In this document: one piece after another, positions 1 to 13,420 of the stretch
Layout of the letters: every line of letters begins with the position of its first letter
How positions within the stretch are numbered: position 1 is the first letter of the stretch
Origin: Nemertoderma westbladi
Taxonomy: Eukaryota > Animalia > Xenacoelomorpha
Reading direction: 5' to 3'
Assembly (NCBI GenBank): GCA_032718475.1
Contig: JAUCBJ010000747.1
Coordinates: 1 to 40,260 of the forward strand
DNA length: 40,260 nt
Program-made: the position numbers and the translations under genes
The notes under the pieces: generated by a model
What the model saw: the letters and a program-made list of their open reading frames with translations, nothing else
The model's database searches: none
What the model was told of the DNA's origin: nothing

Positions 1-697
1 CCTTTATGATTGAATTCTTTACTGACAGTAACCGCACTTATGTTTGATATCTTTATGTATACTGTCGACATGCCGTTTTAGGTCGCCTGTTTGTAGCGAA
101 ATGTCTTTCCTACAATCAACCGCACTTGTGCTTGATATCTTTATGTATAGTAGTCGACGTGGGTGATTTAGTACGTCGTTTGTATAGCTGAATTCTTTAT
201 GACAGTAACCGCACTTATGTTTGATATCTTGATGTATAGAGTCGACATGTCGGTTTAGTTCGGCTTTTGTAGCAAATGATTTTCCACAATCAAAACAGTT
301 GTACTTGATATCTTTATGAAAGTAGTTCACATGGGTGTTTAGACTTATTTGCTGGCTGAATTCTTTATGACAATAATCGCACTTATGTTTGATATGTTTA
401 TGTATAGAGTCGATATGTTTTTTTAGTACGTCCTTTCTATCAAATGATTTTCCACAATGAAAACAGTTGTACTTGATATCTCTATGTATAGAATCGATAT
501 GTTTTTTTTAGGTCGCCTTTATAACTGAATTCTTTACTACAATAACCGCACTTATGTTTGATATCTTTATGTTTAGAGTCGACATGTCGGTTTAGTACGT
601 CTTTTGTAGCAAATGACTTTCCACAATCAAAACAGTTGTACTTGATATCTTTATGTATAGAATCGATATGTTTTTTTAGGTCGTCTTTGTAACTGAA
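1..697 (-). pseudogene. Continuation of the paralog A zinc-finger array with indels (decayed or low-quality sequence)
   Basis: The same 84-bp finger repeats continue to base 1. ORF 19-330 shows finger sequence shifting in and out of frame. Confidence 0.75.
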
Positions 698-2059
698 TTA
701 TTTATGACAATAACCGCACTTATGTTTGATATGTTTATGTAGAGAGTCGACATGTCGGTTTAGTACGTCTTTTCTAGCAAATGACTTTCCACAATCAAAA
801 CAGTTGTACTTGATATCTTTATGTATTGAATCGATATGTTTTTTTATGTCGTCTTTGTAACTGAATTCTTTATGACAATAACCGCACTTATGTTTGATAT
901 CTTTATGTATAGAGTCGACATGTCGGTTTAGTACGTCTTTTCTAGCAAATGACTTTCCACAATCAAAACAGTTGTACTTGATATCTTTATGTATAGAATC
1001 GATATGTTTTTTTAGGTCGTCTTTGTAACTGAATTCTTTATGACAATAACCGCACTTATGTTTGATATCTTTATGTATAGAGTCGACATGTCGGTTTAGT
1101 ACGTCTTTTGTAGCAAATGACTTTCCACAATCAAAACAGTTGTACTTGATATCTTTATGTATAGAATCGATATGTTTTTTTAGGTCGTCTTTGTAACTGA
1201 ATTCTTTATGACAATAACCGCACTTATGTTTGATATCTTTATGTATAGAGTCGACATGTCGGTTTAGTACGTCTTTTCTAGCAAATGACTTTCCACAATC
1301 AAAACAGTTGTACTTGATATCTTTATGTATAGAATCGATATGTTTTTTTATGTCGTCTTTGTAACTGAATTCTTTATGACAATAACCGCACTTATGTTTG
1401 ATATCCTTATGTATAGAGTCGACATGTCGTTTTAGGAGGTGTTTGTAACTGAATTCTTTATGACAGTAACCGCACTTATGTTTGATATCTTTATGGGTAG
1501 CGTCAACATGCTTCTTTACATAATTTTTTCTTTTAAACACTTTCTCACAATAATCGCATTTATACTTATATTTGACGTCTTTATGAACGGATTCTATATG
1601 TCTCTCTAAAATTTCTTTGTTATTAAATAATTCATTGCAATGCAAACAGGAACTGGTGTCTGAAGAATATACCAACTCCCCAACCGCTTCATTAGAACTA
1701 CCTGATTCTGTTGTTGCACAACTGATTGTCGGTTCTGTAACTTCAGCTCCAATAGGCCTACCATACGAACAGTCTGGATTGTTGTTTTCCCGTTTTTCAA
1801 CAATAAAAGAATCTCCAGATGGTTCATAAGAAATATCTTCGTCATCTAGTACAGGGACAACATTTACTCTACCGAACAAATTGTTGTGATCTTCGATGGG
1901 AGATGATCCGTAAACGCAGTTCTCTTGTTTAACATCAAGATAATAGGGGGTGGAGTCTGTTGGTTCTCTCTTTATAATTATACAGTCTCTATGTTCGTTC
2001 TTTATAACTATACCGGCGCCAGACGATTTCTTTTTCAATAAATTAATATGTTGATCCAT
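698..2059 (-). CDS. C2H2 zinc-finger array protein, paralog A (11 complete fingers, then a premature stop)
   Basis: ORF has an acidic N-terminus with IKxE/VKxE motifs, then 28-aa C-x2-C-x12-H-x4-H repeats with KDIKHKC/KDIKYNC linkers. The stop at 698-700 is a GAA>TAA change inside a finger relative to neighbouring repeats. Confidence 0.88.
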   Translation of the reverse strand: MDQHINLLKKKSSGAGIVIKNEHRDCIIIKREPTDSTPYYLDVKQENCVYGSSPIEDHNNLFGRVNVVPVLDDEDISYEPSGDSFIVEKRENNNPDCSYGRPIGAEVTEPTISCATTESGSSNEAVGELVYSSDTSSCLHCNELFNNKEILERHIESVHKDVKYKYKCDYCEKVFKRKNYVKKHVDATHKDIKHKCGYCHKEFSYKHLLKRHVDSIHKDIKHKCGYCHKEFSYKDDIKKHIDSIHKDIKYNCFDCGKSFARKDVLNRHVDSIHKDIKHKCGYCHKEFSYKDDLKKHIDSIHKDIKYNCFDCGKSFATKDVLNRHVDSIHKDIKHKCGYCHKEFSYKDDLKKHIDSIHKDIKYNCFDCGKSFARKDVLNRHVDSIHKDIKHKCGYCHKEFSYKDDIKKHIDSIHKDIKYNCFDCGKSFARKDVLNRHVDSLHKHIKHKCGYCHK

Positions 2060-3034
2060 TATGAATAAATATTAATCAATAAATTAAATGCAGTTTACAG
2101 TATTTCAAGCTATCTCTAGCCTCATTCTTAACATAAATAGTTGATATAACATAAGGGCGTTCTAAAGTTGCCTGTCAGCCTGTACCGTAACGGAATTGGG
2201 CAGGTTATAGTGACAGTGACAAGCAAATGGAACCAAAAGATAACTATCAATACGGTACATCAATATTCACTATCCGCTTAGAGTAGTAGTTTGAATTATG
2301 GTTAAATCTGACAACGAAACGTAGTATTTGGGAGATTCGTAGGACCGAGCGATGATGCAAAACATGCAACTTTAGAACGCCAACATCTCGGCAATTTCTT
2401 GATAGCATTCAAATGGTTTCACAGAGTTCAGAAATATTATTCACCCACATTAAAATAGTAGCAACACCAGGTTTCATTAAACGGTTATAACAAAAGGTTC
2501 ATACCGGTATGTGACAGGGAAGAGGATACATTGAAACGGAGTTGCAAGGCTCCAGGGCCAAACCAGCAAACGGTAATTTAAAATATATAAAGAAAATATA
2601 TAATTAATTTTAAATATGATTGTTAACATTTTCACGTTTGAAACTTATCTCCTTGCTCCAGGTATTATTTGGTAGATATATATTTTTCTATAAATATATA
2701 ATACTAATAAGAAGACTGGTACAAGACTAACATAACTTCTAAACTAATCAGGTACCAATACGGTTCTAAATTACAGGTTTAAGGATATTTACTAAATATG
2801 TTATTAGTATTGGTGATTCATTTAAAGCCACAGTGTGCTCGGATGTACTGGGAGTGGAAACTACGTACGGTCGCGGTTGTATGAAACTACAAAAGTTCCT
2901 ATGCAGCAAACTTCGCCCGCGTCCAATCTTCGCCGGACAAAGTCTTTGGAACTTAATGGATTAACTACCTAATACTTAAGGGCACGTGAATTCCAGACTT
3001 TATAACTGCCTGTATAACTCTGTATATCAGACGA

Positions 3035-3520
3035 ACTTTCAAAGTTAACTGTCAAAATTTTGGTCTTTCTGGAGTTAATAAAAAGACCAACACTAGAAGC
3101 AGCATGTTCTAATGAGCGAGGAGCCGTTGGGCTCCCTCTAGTGATTCTGAGAGTACTCCTAAATCATCAGCAAAGTCTAGATCAGTTAGGTACTTGGCAG
3201 GATTTCCTCGACTTCTGGAGCCAGTAGGTGGAGTTATCATCACCCCATGATCATTATGATGATCTAAGGACATGCGTAGAACATAGTCAACCACAATTAT
3301 GAACAGGAATGGTGCAAGTGTGTCTCCCTGGAGGACGCCCCATAACACTTCAAATGGTTCTGTGTCACCATCAACAGTAGACACAAATGTTGTCGAACCA
3401 TCGTATACTGATCTGATTGCTGCAATAATTTCATCAGGAATCCTATATAATGCAGTAATGAAAGTATGCTGAACATACGTGAGCGGGAGACTGAATTAAA
3501 GGCCTTGAAGAAGTCAATAA
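3035..3520 (-). mobile_element. Internal RT fragment of the RTE-like LINE (copy 1)
   Basis: Near-identical to 15779-16258. Encodes GVLQGDTLAPFLF and DLDFADD; frameshifted. Confidence 0.9.
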
Positions 3521-3926
3521 GAAATTCTATATAAGAAATTCTCGGAAAAAGTAACGTTTTTAAAATGGCTATAGAAAGCGAACGCACAGATAGATATTTT
3601 TTTTTCTAGTTTTCACAACAAACGCAGTATAGACTGATAGATTATCCTCCAATAACCAGGAATTCAAATATGCCGCTAAAATTTATTTCAAAAGATAATG
3701 AAGAAAATGTTCCGAAAAACGGCCAAAACTTCCTATATAGGAAGCAAGATTTCCTACCTATATAGGAATACAAAAAAACTTCCTAAAACCCACACAATCG
3801 TTAGATTACAAGTTTTTTGGAAGATACTATGAAGTTGGACATACATAATATGAAAGATTGTCGAAAAATATCAAAAGTATTCCCCTTGGGGTATTATTTT
3901 ACCCCACGTTACCGGGGGAGGGTTAA
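3521..3926. mobile_element. Possible right end of a piggyBac-like non-autonomous element
   Basis: Ends ...ccgggggagggTTAA, a GGG terminus followed by TTAA. No matching left end was found. Confidence 0.3.
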
Positions 3927-4484
3927 GAAACCTACCCTAACTGCTGGTCGCAAAGCACTACCGGCACCGTTCACCTTAACGTTCCAAACATGTGAAACAT
4001 CCTCGGTCTGTCGGTAAATGGTAAATCCGCGCAACTATCAGACTATCGGCGGCATTTTAACCTTTCTTGATTTCATGAAACGTAACATGCAACCGTCAGA
4101 CCGTACATAAAAGTCAGATACCAGATACGCTAGTTGCCAGTCAGCCAGTCTGCCCGTATGCTTACTTACCGGTACGTCGGGTTGGCCTATTGATACCAGT
4201 AACTGAGTACTGAGATATGATCATTGGAATACATGTGTTTTAAATGAATCGCTAATACTGTAATACATAATACCCTACTGTACTGTAATACCGTACCGGT
4301 ACTGCAGTACTGTAATACAGTAATAGTCTGATAGTGTTGTGGTAATAGGCTGATAGGCCTACTAACTGTACTAATGGAAGTGACACTCTTCTTCAGGCTA
4401 ACTCTGACTACAGACTAATACAGACTAACTGAACGAAAGACTAAATCATGTAAACCGTCAAACTACCTACGCCTATTTCAGTAC

Positions 4485-5463
4485 GGGATACATGACCGAA
4501 CTTAATCAGGATCGAATGTAACATAGTTATTACGTATCGAACGTAACCGCATTTATGTTACATTGGATCCTATAACTATGTTACATTCGATCTACAAATT
4601 ACTAAGCCCGAATGTAACATGGCCATTTGAAGGAGCACGTTACATAGCAGCAGAGGTGTGTTGTGGGAACCAAAACAATAAACGAAAGTTAACTCCCTTA
4701 CTGGTCCTAAATCCCTTATCATAATTACAATAATTTTTAGTAAAATTTCAATAATTTTTATAGTTGCTGCACTTACACCTTTCATCTCGTATCCACTAAG
4801 TTTGTTGGTCCTAAATCCTGAAATAGAAATGTCTTACCATAATTATGTTGTAAATGGTGTTTAAAATTTATTGAAGGTCATTTTATTTATCTATGTTTGT
4901 TTTGTACTGTTTCCCGTTAAAATACTTTTCTAGGACATGTTGAATACCATACTGTACATTTGGTTTGTTGCCTTTACCTTTTCCTTACACTTCATATGTT
5001 ATATTTTAATGCTACCTTTTAGTGCTTGTTTTTAACTGATTTAATGTCAAATAAAAAATTCCAATTCCAACACATGTTACAAGATTTTTGAGGTTAAGTT
5101 TAGCCTACTTTTATTTAAAGGAGCAGGTTACAGAAGCGTGTTGGTGGAACCAAAACAATAAACGAAAGTTAACACATTACAAGATGATGCAGGTTACTTC
5201 AGTTATTACATAATTCAGTAATTGGGTCTTGGGTCTTTGTTTTGTACTCATCAAACTGTTTCTTCCTGTATATAAACGAAGCATTTCTTCGGTTAACTCC
5301 TGAAATCAAAATACAACTGAAAATAAATGTATGTTACATTAGGGCTTAGTAATTTGTAGATCGAATGTAACATAGTTATAGGATCCAATGTAACAATTGA
5401 GGTTACGTTCGATTCGTAAAAACTATGTTACGTTCGATCCTGATTACGTTCGGTCTGTCACCC
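4485..5463. mobile_element. MITE with ~135-bp terminal inverted repeats
   Basis: 4485-4620 is the reverse complement of 5331-5463. Termini are GGG...CCC. Flanked by ttcagtac / ttcagtat (7-8 bp target-site duplication, TSD). Confidence 0.8.
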
Positions 5464-5581
5464 TTCAGTATCTAACCTCCATTTTCACGTTCATACCGTC
5501 TGACTGTATCTGCCAGCCAACTGTTGAACTGCTCAAAATGAGCTGTAGAGTATGGCATCATACAGTTATGTTCTCAATTAA

Positions 5582-6637
5582 AGTCCATTCTTCAATCTGT
5601 TCAATTTGCTCAATCTGGAAAATTATTTTATGGTGCTGCAAATATTCCAGCCCACTGAGTGATTGACAGACGGTCATGGTTGACTCCACAAATAAAGCTG
5701 TTGATTTGACAGAGTACTGTAGGGTAATGCAGGGATCATTATGAGGCACTTGCAAGCAAATAAAGTAAATGTAGTAAGCATGGTCTTGAGACGTTAGTGC
5801 CCACGAGACATTAGTGCCTGCGGGCGAAAAACATTGTAAATGGGCGCCTAAATGTACTATTTAAAAATAAAAACGTTTAAAATATCTATAGCGGCTAAAG
5901 CGATAACGAACGGTTTTTCTAATCGTAAACTATCTAAGGGACATGCAGCACATTAAATATTGTATATATAAGAGATTGCATTAATGATTATGATTAAATT
6001 TCTTTTATTTGTATATTTAAATTAAATAATTGAATAATAAAGTAACATAAATATATTTAATTATAAATAATTATTTATTCAAAAATTATTTATACAGAAC
6101 GATACATTCTACCAAGCATTTTTCCAGGGGTTTATTAGTTTATTGTAATATTTAATGCAGAGAATAGTGCGGTTAGCCAAGTAAAATAATCTACATTACA
6201 TTGAATAGACTACAACTGGAAAGGAGGAATTTAACTACAGTATAAGTTATGCAGGGGTAATGAAACCGCAATTCAGTAGAACACCACACACACACCAACT
6301 GCAACTGTATTGTACAGTGACTGTCAATCAATCTAAGGCTTTATGGGATCCCCTTAGTAGCCTGGCCTATAGTTGTTTGATGCAGCCGCCCTGCTCTTTG
6401 AGCTTAGTCTACCCGCCTAGCCGCCCGCGCTCTTTATTCCCCTGCCCTACACTGCCCTATACTAACCCATGGCATATCTGCACAGAGAGATACTTATGCT
6501 CTTCATTTTCAATCTGATCAATCTAGACAGAAAGTCTGGATTGAAGAAGTTGAAAGTAGGTTCAATTTCATCAATCTAACTATTATTTTTCTACGAGAGT
6601 AGATTGATTCAGATTGATGCAGATTGAAGAATGGATT
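5582..6637. mobile_element. PIF/Harbinger-like MITE
   Basis: Terminal inverted repeat agtccattcttcaatctg ... cagattgaagaatggatt in a TAA/TTA context, with subterminal caatct/agattg repeats. Confidence 0.6.
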
Positions 6638-6656
6638 TTAATTGTGAACAAGACTG

Positions 6657-7627
6657 TATCTGGGTCAAAATTCAATATTTTAAGTGGGGTTGCAATATTT
6701 AAAAAAATTACAAAATATTGACACAGTTCAGTTTAAATATTGACACAGTACAATATAATATTGACACAGTACAATATAATATTGACACAGTACAATATAA
6801 TATTGACACAGTACAATATAATATTGACAAAGTAGAATATTGAAGTACAGTTTAAATATTGACACAGTACAGTTTAAATATTGACACAGTACAGTTTAAA
6901 TATTGACACAGTTCAGTTTAAATATTGACACAGTACAGTTTAAATATTGACACAGTACAGTTTAAATATTGACACAGTTCAGTTTAAATATTGACACAGT
7001 ACAGTTTAAATATTGACACAGTACATTATGAAATGACAATTCAAATTTCCCTCTCCACACATACATACTATATGTGATTGGAGTTAATCCAATGTGTACC
7101 GACTGTACCTCACCAGTACACAGATGTCAGTGCCCTACACCATTCCTTATCCTTGCTGCCTTAATATAGCAGTAGGCCTATAGTACTGTAGTAAAGGCAT
7201 ACTACTGTGGAGTACAGTGATTTAGTTACAGCAATACTGCTGTACAAGTACAATTCCACTTTATATCCAATCAAATGGAATGTGTGTGGGTAGAGGGAAT
7301 TTGAATTGACATTTCATATTGTACTGCGTCAATATTATACTGTACTGTGTCAATATTTAAACTGTACTGTGTTAATATTATACTGTACTGTGTCAATATT
7401 TAAACTGTACTGCGTCAATATTATACTGTACTGTGTCAATATAATACTGTACTGTGTCAATATAATACTGTACTGTGTCAATATTATATTGTACTGTGTC
7501 AATATTATATTCTACTGTGTCAATATTATAATGTACTGTGTCAATATTTAAACTGAACTGTGTCAATATTTTGCAGTATTTTTAAATATTGCAACCCCAC
7601 TTCAAATATTGAATTTTGAGCCAGATA
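6657..7627. mobile_element. Small foldback element whose arms contain 22-bp tandem repeats
   Basis: 6657-~7060 is inverted relative to ~7285-7627. Arms carry (aaatattgacacagtacagttt)n variants. No clear TSD. Confidence 0.8.
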
Positions 7628-7713
7628 TGATGCCATAGTAGAGTTCTGTCTGGTAAGGCTGGGGGAAAATACAAACTTAGAATTCTGAAAGGTCTGAATT
7701 ACACCACCAGTGA

Positions 7714-8135
7714 ACCAACACTAGAAGCAGCATGTTCTAATGAGCTGAGGAGCCGTTGGGCTCCCTCTAATGATTCTGAGAGTACTCCTAAGTCACCAGC
7801 AAAGACTAGATCAGTTAGGTACTTGGCAGGATTTCCTCGACTTCTGGAGCCAGTAGGTGGAGTTATCATCACCCCATCATCATTATAATGATCTAAGGAC
7901 ATGCGTAGAACAGAGTCAACCACAATAATGAACAAGAATGGTGCAAGTGTGTCTCCTTGGAGGACGCCCCATAACACTTCAAATGGTTCTGTGTCACCAT
8001 CAACAGTAGACACAAATGATGTCGAACCATCGTATACTGATCTGATTGCTGCAATAATTTCATCAGGAATCCCATATAATGAAAGTATGCTGAACATATG
8101 TGAGCGAGAGACTGAATCAAAGGCCTTGAAGAAGT
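7714..8135 (-). mobile_element. Internal RT fragment of the RTE-like LINE (copy 2)
   Basis: Near-identical to 15830-16251. DLDFADD has decayed to DLVFAGD. Confidence 0.9.
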
Positions 8136-8139
8136 TGAA

Positions 8140-11100
8140 ATTAAAAATGCTATAGGGACTTTCCAGTCCATCGGTCAACTCGAGTATGCCAATGCACCGA
8201 CGGTCCGAATCAGGATTATTGGCCGACTCCACCATTAGTTGCACCGTGAATGGCGCAGGATAGAGTACAAGCGCAAAGAGGCTGGTGGACTATTGAAACT
8301 AACAGATGTCTACCAATTGATCTCATGGGAGGCCAAAGTAGAGACACGGTCAAACTACACCGACCATCACATAGCAGCGGAAGGGATCACCATAGTGGCA
8401 CCGAACCAGACCAAACAATTTCCGACGAACGCGAAAGCCATAACTTATGCTACACCAACGGATACCTTCAAAGTTCTGATACCTATTGGCACTAAACAGC
8501 AGTGACAGCAGCTGTCCGCAGATTTTGTGGATGTCAGTTCTGCGAACGGAACGGTGGACGATACAACAGACATAAGTTATGCAGATGTCGCGCCTTTAAG
8601 TATCTGGGAGTGGAGGAGAGAAGGCTCAAGATCCGTCTGTTGGATTCTTGTAGTAGATGTACCATGCCTGGGCACATCTGGAAGGACTGTCTGGGCGACA
8701 ACACTTGTCCTCTGTACAGGCGCAACCAGGACGTGTTGCTCCACATGACTAGCCATACTCCAACTAAGCCTTTTCGACGAGAACATCCCGATAAAGCGGC
8801 AAAATGGGACATGCTTTACAAAGAGCGCGCGCCGCAAGAAGTCCGTACCTTCTACGTGGACTATGTAGACCAATCAGGATCATCGGATGAGGACGACTCA
8901 GAGGATGAAACCTTCTGCGTGCATGCGGGTGAGGGGGAGCAGCCATCTATAACTCTCCTTACGCAGAATCAGCTGAAAGGGTTCAGCATGATTCCCATCA
9001 AAATCACCGGAACCCGAGGGAGCAAGTGTATATACGCTATCTTGGACTCTGCGTCTTCGCACAGTTACATTGACGAACAGGTAGCCGACGTAGTAACCGA
9101 CATGAGCCAAGGTAAGATTGCTCAGTATACTGTAAGCAGCATGCATGGTAAGAGGGCGATACCTGTTACGAGGGTCAAGCTGACCCTGGATACCCTTCTT
9201 TCCAAAGCAGAGCATAGTAGAGAGGAACGTTCATTACTTCTGGTAAGAAACCTTACGTTCACTGCCACTAAGGACTTTAGTAATTTACTTGGTCGTGTGC
9301 CAGTGCAATCTCTGGAAGACCATAAGTATTTCCGACATCTTGGAATACCAGAATGTCCAGTTAACTATCGCTCGATCGCGATGTTGATTGGGACAGACCA
9401 GTTCAACTTGCATCAAGTATGGGAGACATGCCCATCTGTAGTAACAGCAGGCAATCCTTACGCTTGTAGAACTCCCATAGGTTGGTATACAAGAGCGCCT
9501 GTGCATTCACTAGAGGTAAGTGACCAGGAGGACGACGTTTTGAGTATGTGTGGTCTGTTAACTACTACGTTAGCAAATTCTCTTTCACATTCATGTGGTC
9601 CTACTGTACAGTCAGTACCACGACAGACTTAGGTCGCTACAGACACCGACGTAACAGGATGACAAACCCTGAGGTAACAACGGATCAGACATACTACCTG
9701 CCCCATCATTTCGTACAGCATCCGGACAAACCTGGTAAGGTGCTTGTCGTTAATGACTACGACGTTCTTTACCAGGGGATGTCCTTGAACAGCGAATTGA
9801 TGGACGGGCCAAATATGAACAATTACCTCATGGGAATCCTGATGCATTTCAGACAACCCTATGTGGCCTTCACCTGTGATGTAGAGGCCATGTTTCACCA
9901 GGTTAAGGCTTTGGAGCGGGACAGGGACAGTTTGAGGTTCCTTTGGTACCCGGAGGGAAATTTGAACCTTCCGCCAGAAACCTACCAAATGCAGGTAAGA
10001 GTTTTCGGGGCCTGGGACAGCCCCAACTGCACCATGTACGCCCTAAAGCAGACAGCTTTAGACCAACACGACAAGTTAGACCCAGACGTGGTTCAGACAG
10101 TGGAGCAGGATTTCTACGTGGATTACGGCCTCAAGAGCTGCAACACTCTGGAGTGTGCTACAACCGTGGCACACCAACTCCAGCACTGTCTCGCCGAGGG
10201 CAGATTTCACCTTACCAAATTCGCCTCCAATGACCCCGACCTAGTAAATTCATTTGACCCTACTGATTGTAGCGGAGGTGACTTAGACTTGGACTTAGAA
10301 CCTTTGCCCACAACCAAAGTCCTAGGACTCAGTTGGGACCCGAACACCGACAACTTTAGGGTGCACGTAAGAACCAATGACCAGACGAGACCGCTCACAA
10401 AGAGGACCTGCTTATCGACGATGAGACGTTTGTACAACAATTGGATGAATGGCCGCCACTATTCGACGCGACATCGAACACCATACTGGAAGGTGCAAAG
10501 ATAAAAATCAACACTGTAGTCAAGTCGAAAGCAAAGGCCATCACCAAAGTCAAAAGGAAACAAGGACAAGTTAAGTCTAATAACCTGGACATTCAAACAG
10601 ACATTACGCCAGACGTCTCACCAGACATTCTACCAGACGTTCCCACAAATCTTTTGCTGGATATTCCGCAGGGGATTTCACCAGATTATTCTCCGGATTC
10701 TTTGCCAGACTTTTTTCTTGATCTTTTGACCAATTTTTCTACCGGACATCTCACCGGATTTTCCACCAGACATCTTGCCAGACAGTCAACCGAACTTTCA
10801 ACCAGACATCTCGCCAGACTGTCAACCAGATTTTAGACTAGAAATTCTGCCATATGTCACTCCAGACTTTCTACCAGACGTACGACTGCACATTTCGCCA
10901 GATGTTCCGCGATGTATTTCACGAGACGTCTCACCAGACTGTTTGCCAGACATCTCATCAGACTGTCCACCAGACCAATCACAAGACATTCTACCAGAAT
11001 GTAATGACATACAATATAATGCTGCAATTACCCCAGTGGAGTGGACTAGTATTGACCAATTAGGTATTACCATCTTACCTACTTTGACTTCCTTGAGTCA

Positions 11101-12860
11101 CCATGACAATGGTATGGCTACAGGTATTACAAATATGGGTCGTGCCCATCAAAATGTAAATACAGGTATCACGCTACGCTCAAGAAAAATACCCGACTTA
11201 CAGCCTACGGTTAAACGTGCGACTAAAGTTAGGAGACCTAGAAGTCCACAGAAACAGGCTGATCCCGTAGAGTCGAAACCACTATTACAGGTCAACCCAT
11301 CGTGTGCTGATGGTAAAGGTAAGACTGTGGAGACCAAGGTACTTGATGACTCGGATAAACCCATTGCACAAAGGGGGACATTCACCGGAAGGCCCGCGGG
11401 AATACCAAGTCCAAACAAGTATCCACACTGTAACTATACCTTACCTGATGATGTCACAGACACTAGACTTGCCTTGGCCGAAATTGATAGCTGTGAAATT
11501 GATATTATTAGACATTACCAATTGCAATATTTTGCACGAGAGTTCACAGTGATCAATCAAGGTAGACAAATAAAGATGTCACCGATACTGAGTTGGAGTC
11601 CAATAATATACAAGGGCTTAATTTGTCACAAGTCCATACTCCAAAACATTGACTTTGCTATTGACTTTAGGTACCCTATCATCATACCGCAATACCATGA
11701 GTTATAGCACACTATGATACTGGACACACATGTACAGCTCAAACACCTAGGTAGACATCACTGTTTATCACACTTACGCTTGAGGTTTGTATTAATTAGA
11801 CCTAGTAAGACATTGAGTTCAGTAACGCACAACTGTATTATCTGTAAGAAGGTACACGCAAGGATAGGACGCCAAGAAATGAGTGAACTACCATATTGGC
11901 TAGACTACAGGCATTTAGACCCCCATTTACCGAGACGGAGATTGACTGTTTTTGACCTATAAAAGCAAAACGTGGATGCGTACTGGTGAAAAGTTGGGGA
12001 TTGATCTTTACCTGCATGGCCACTGGCCAGTAGAGCAGTTCATATTGAACGCGTAACAGATCTAACCACCAATGCTTTTATCCTAGCCTTACGGCGATTC
12101 ATCCCCAGACGCGGATTGGTCAAATCCATACACTGCGACCAAGGGACCAACCTTGTGGGTGCGAGGAATGAAATCTCCAGAGCCTTAAAGAAGTTGGATC
12201 ACAATCAAATCTCCGACGAACTACGCCCCACAAGATCGTCTGGAACTTCAACCCTTCAAACAGTCCGTGGAGAGGCGGAGTTTGGGAGAGATTGATTGGC
12301 TCCATCAAAACAGCAATGGCAAAAGTAATACCTACGCAACGCATACTAACAGATGACCAACTGACTATGTTGTTGATAGAAATCGAAGCGGTACTAAATA
12401 CTAGACCAATCACTTTCATTCCAGATGACAAACAATCTCAGTTTGCCTTGACACCAGCGCACCTGCTTATGCAGGCACCAACAACACTGTTGCTCACTTC
12501 TGTACCCATGGACAGCGACAGTTACGGCAACAAAGCTTGGAAAATCACTCAGTTGTTAGCCAATAAGTTTTGGGAAGTATGGCAGAAACACTATTTTTGA
12601 CCTCTATTTCAACCAGGACCACCTGGTATTCTTACTATCTAGTGTCTGAAGCGAGGTGACCACGTATTATTGGCAGAGACCAACTTGAAACTACGGTTTT
12701 GGAAGACTGGATTCATTTTGACCACACACCCGACATCAGGTGGTGTAATACAGTATGGACTGTGACCGTATGGACAATTGACGGACGTACTGTAGACAGA
12801 CCCATACAACATCTCGTACTCCTTGAGGAGACTCGAAACGAGACAGGAGATTATAAATCT
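8140..12860 (+). mobile_element. Degenerate Bel/Pao LTR retrotransposon internal region (gag zinc knuckles, protease, RT, integrase)
   Basis: Cys/His knuckles (CQFC..H...C, CSRC...GH...C). Protease AILDSASSHSYI. RT motifs YYLPHH, DVEAMFHQV, LRFLW, FYVDY (YVDD mutated), KVLGLSWD. Integrase HHCC region, GGVWERLIGSIK, EAVLNTRPI, LTPAHLL, DRPIQHLVLL. Many stops and frameshifts; LTRs not identified. Confidence 0.92.
10590..11000 (+). repeat. Degenerate 12-bp coding repeat (PDxx, e.g. PDIS/PDVS) inside the Pao pol region
   Basis: Recurrent ccagac/ccagat units translating as ITPDVSPDILPDVP... Confidence 0.75.
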
Positions 12861-13281
12861 CCACGTAAACCTCATAAGTAGTGATGTGGGACCCTTGATG
12901 GTCGCCACATAGTCCTACAATATTCCTGTACACTGTAGGCTAAAGACAGCGGTAGAATTCCATTGTCTTTAAATGTGAACATTGAGGGTAGTACCCTTAT
13001 GTATCACATAGGAGCGGGTTTGTGTGTACAGAAGGAATGGAATTCCACTTGGAACCCACAAGTGAGACAATTTTCAAAATATTTTAGATAATCCATTTTG
13101 GATTTTGAATATTTAAGGTAAACGATTCTCCAGTGGATGGATTGTAGGATATGGTCGGTTTTACGTCAGCAGAGGAATCAGAGTTCCATATCGTTGGCCC
13201 TGAAAACTAATTATTAGTGTTTGGAAATTATTGGAAAACTATTGGATCTTTGAGATGAGCAATGAGCATAGCCTTGCCTAA

Positions 13282-13420
13282 AGGCCTATTTACACGTGGC
13301 AACTTTTAGAGCAACTTCTCGGAAACTTGTAGAGCAAACCAGGTTGCCGATCAAGTTGCTCCGTGTAAACACGTAAAAGAGTTGCCGTAAAAGTTGCTCA
13401 ACTTTTACGGCAACTTGAAG
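13282..13420 (+). mobile_element. Left end of a probable Harbinger-like MITE
   Basis: taa-aggcctatttacacgtggcaact start with repeated gcaact/agttgc inverted motifs. Right end not found. Confidence 0.4.

Noticed and set aside
12880-13270. 3' LTR of the Pao element
   Set aside because: No clear polypurine tract, no TG...CA boundaries and no second copy in the window.
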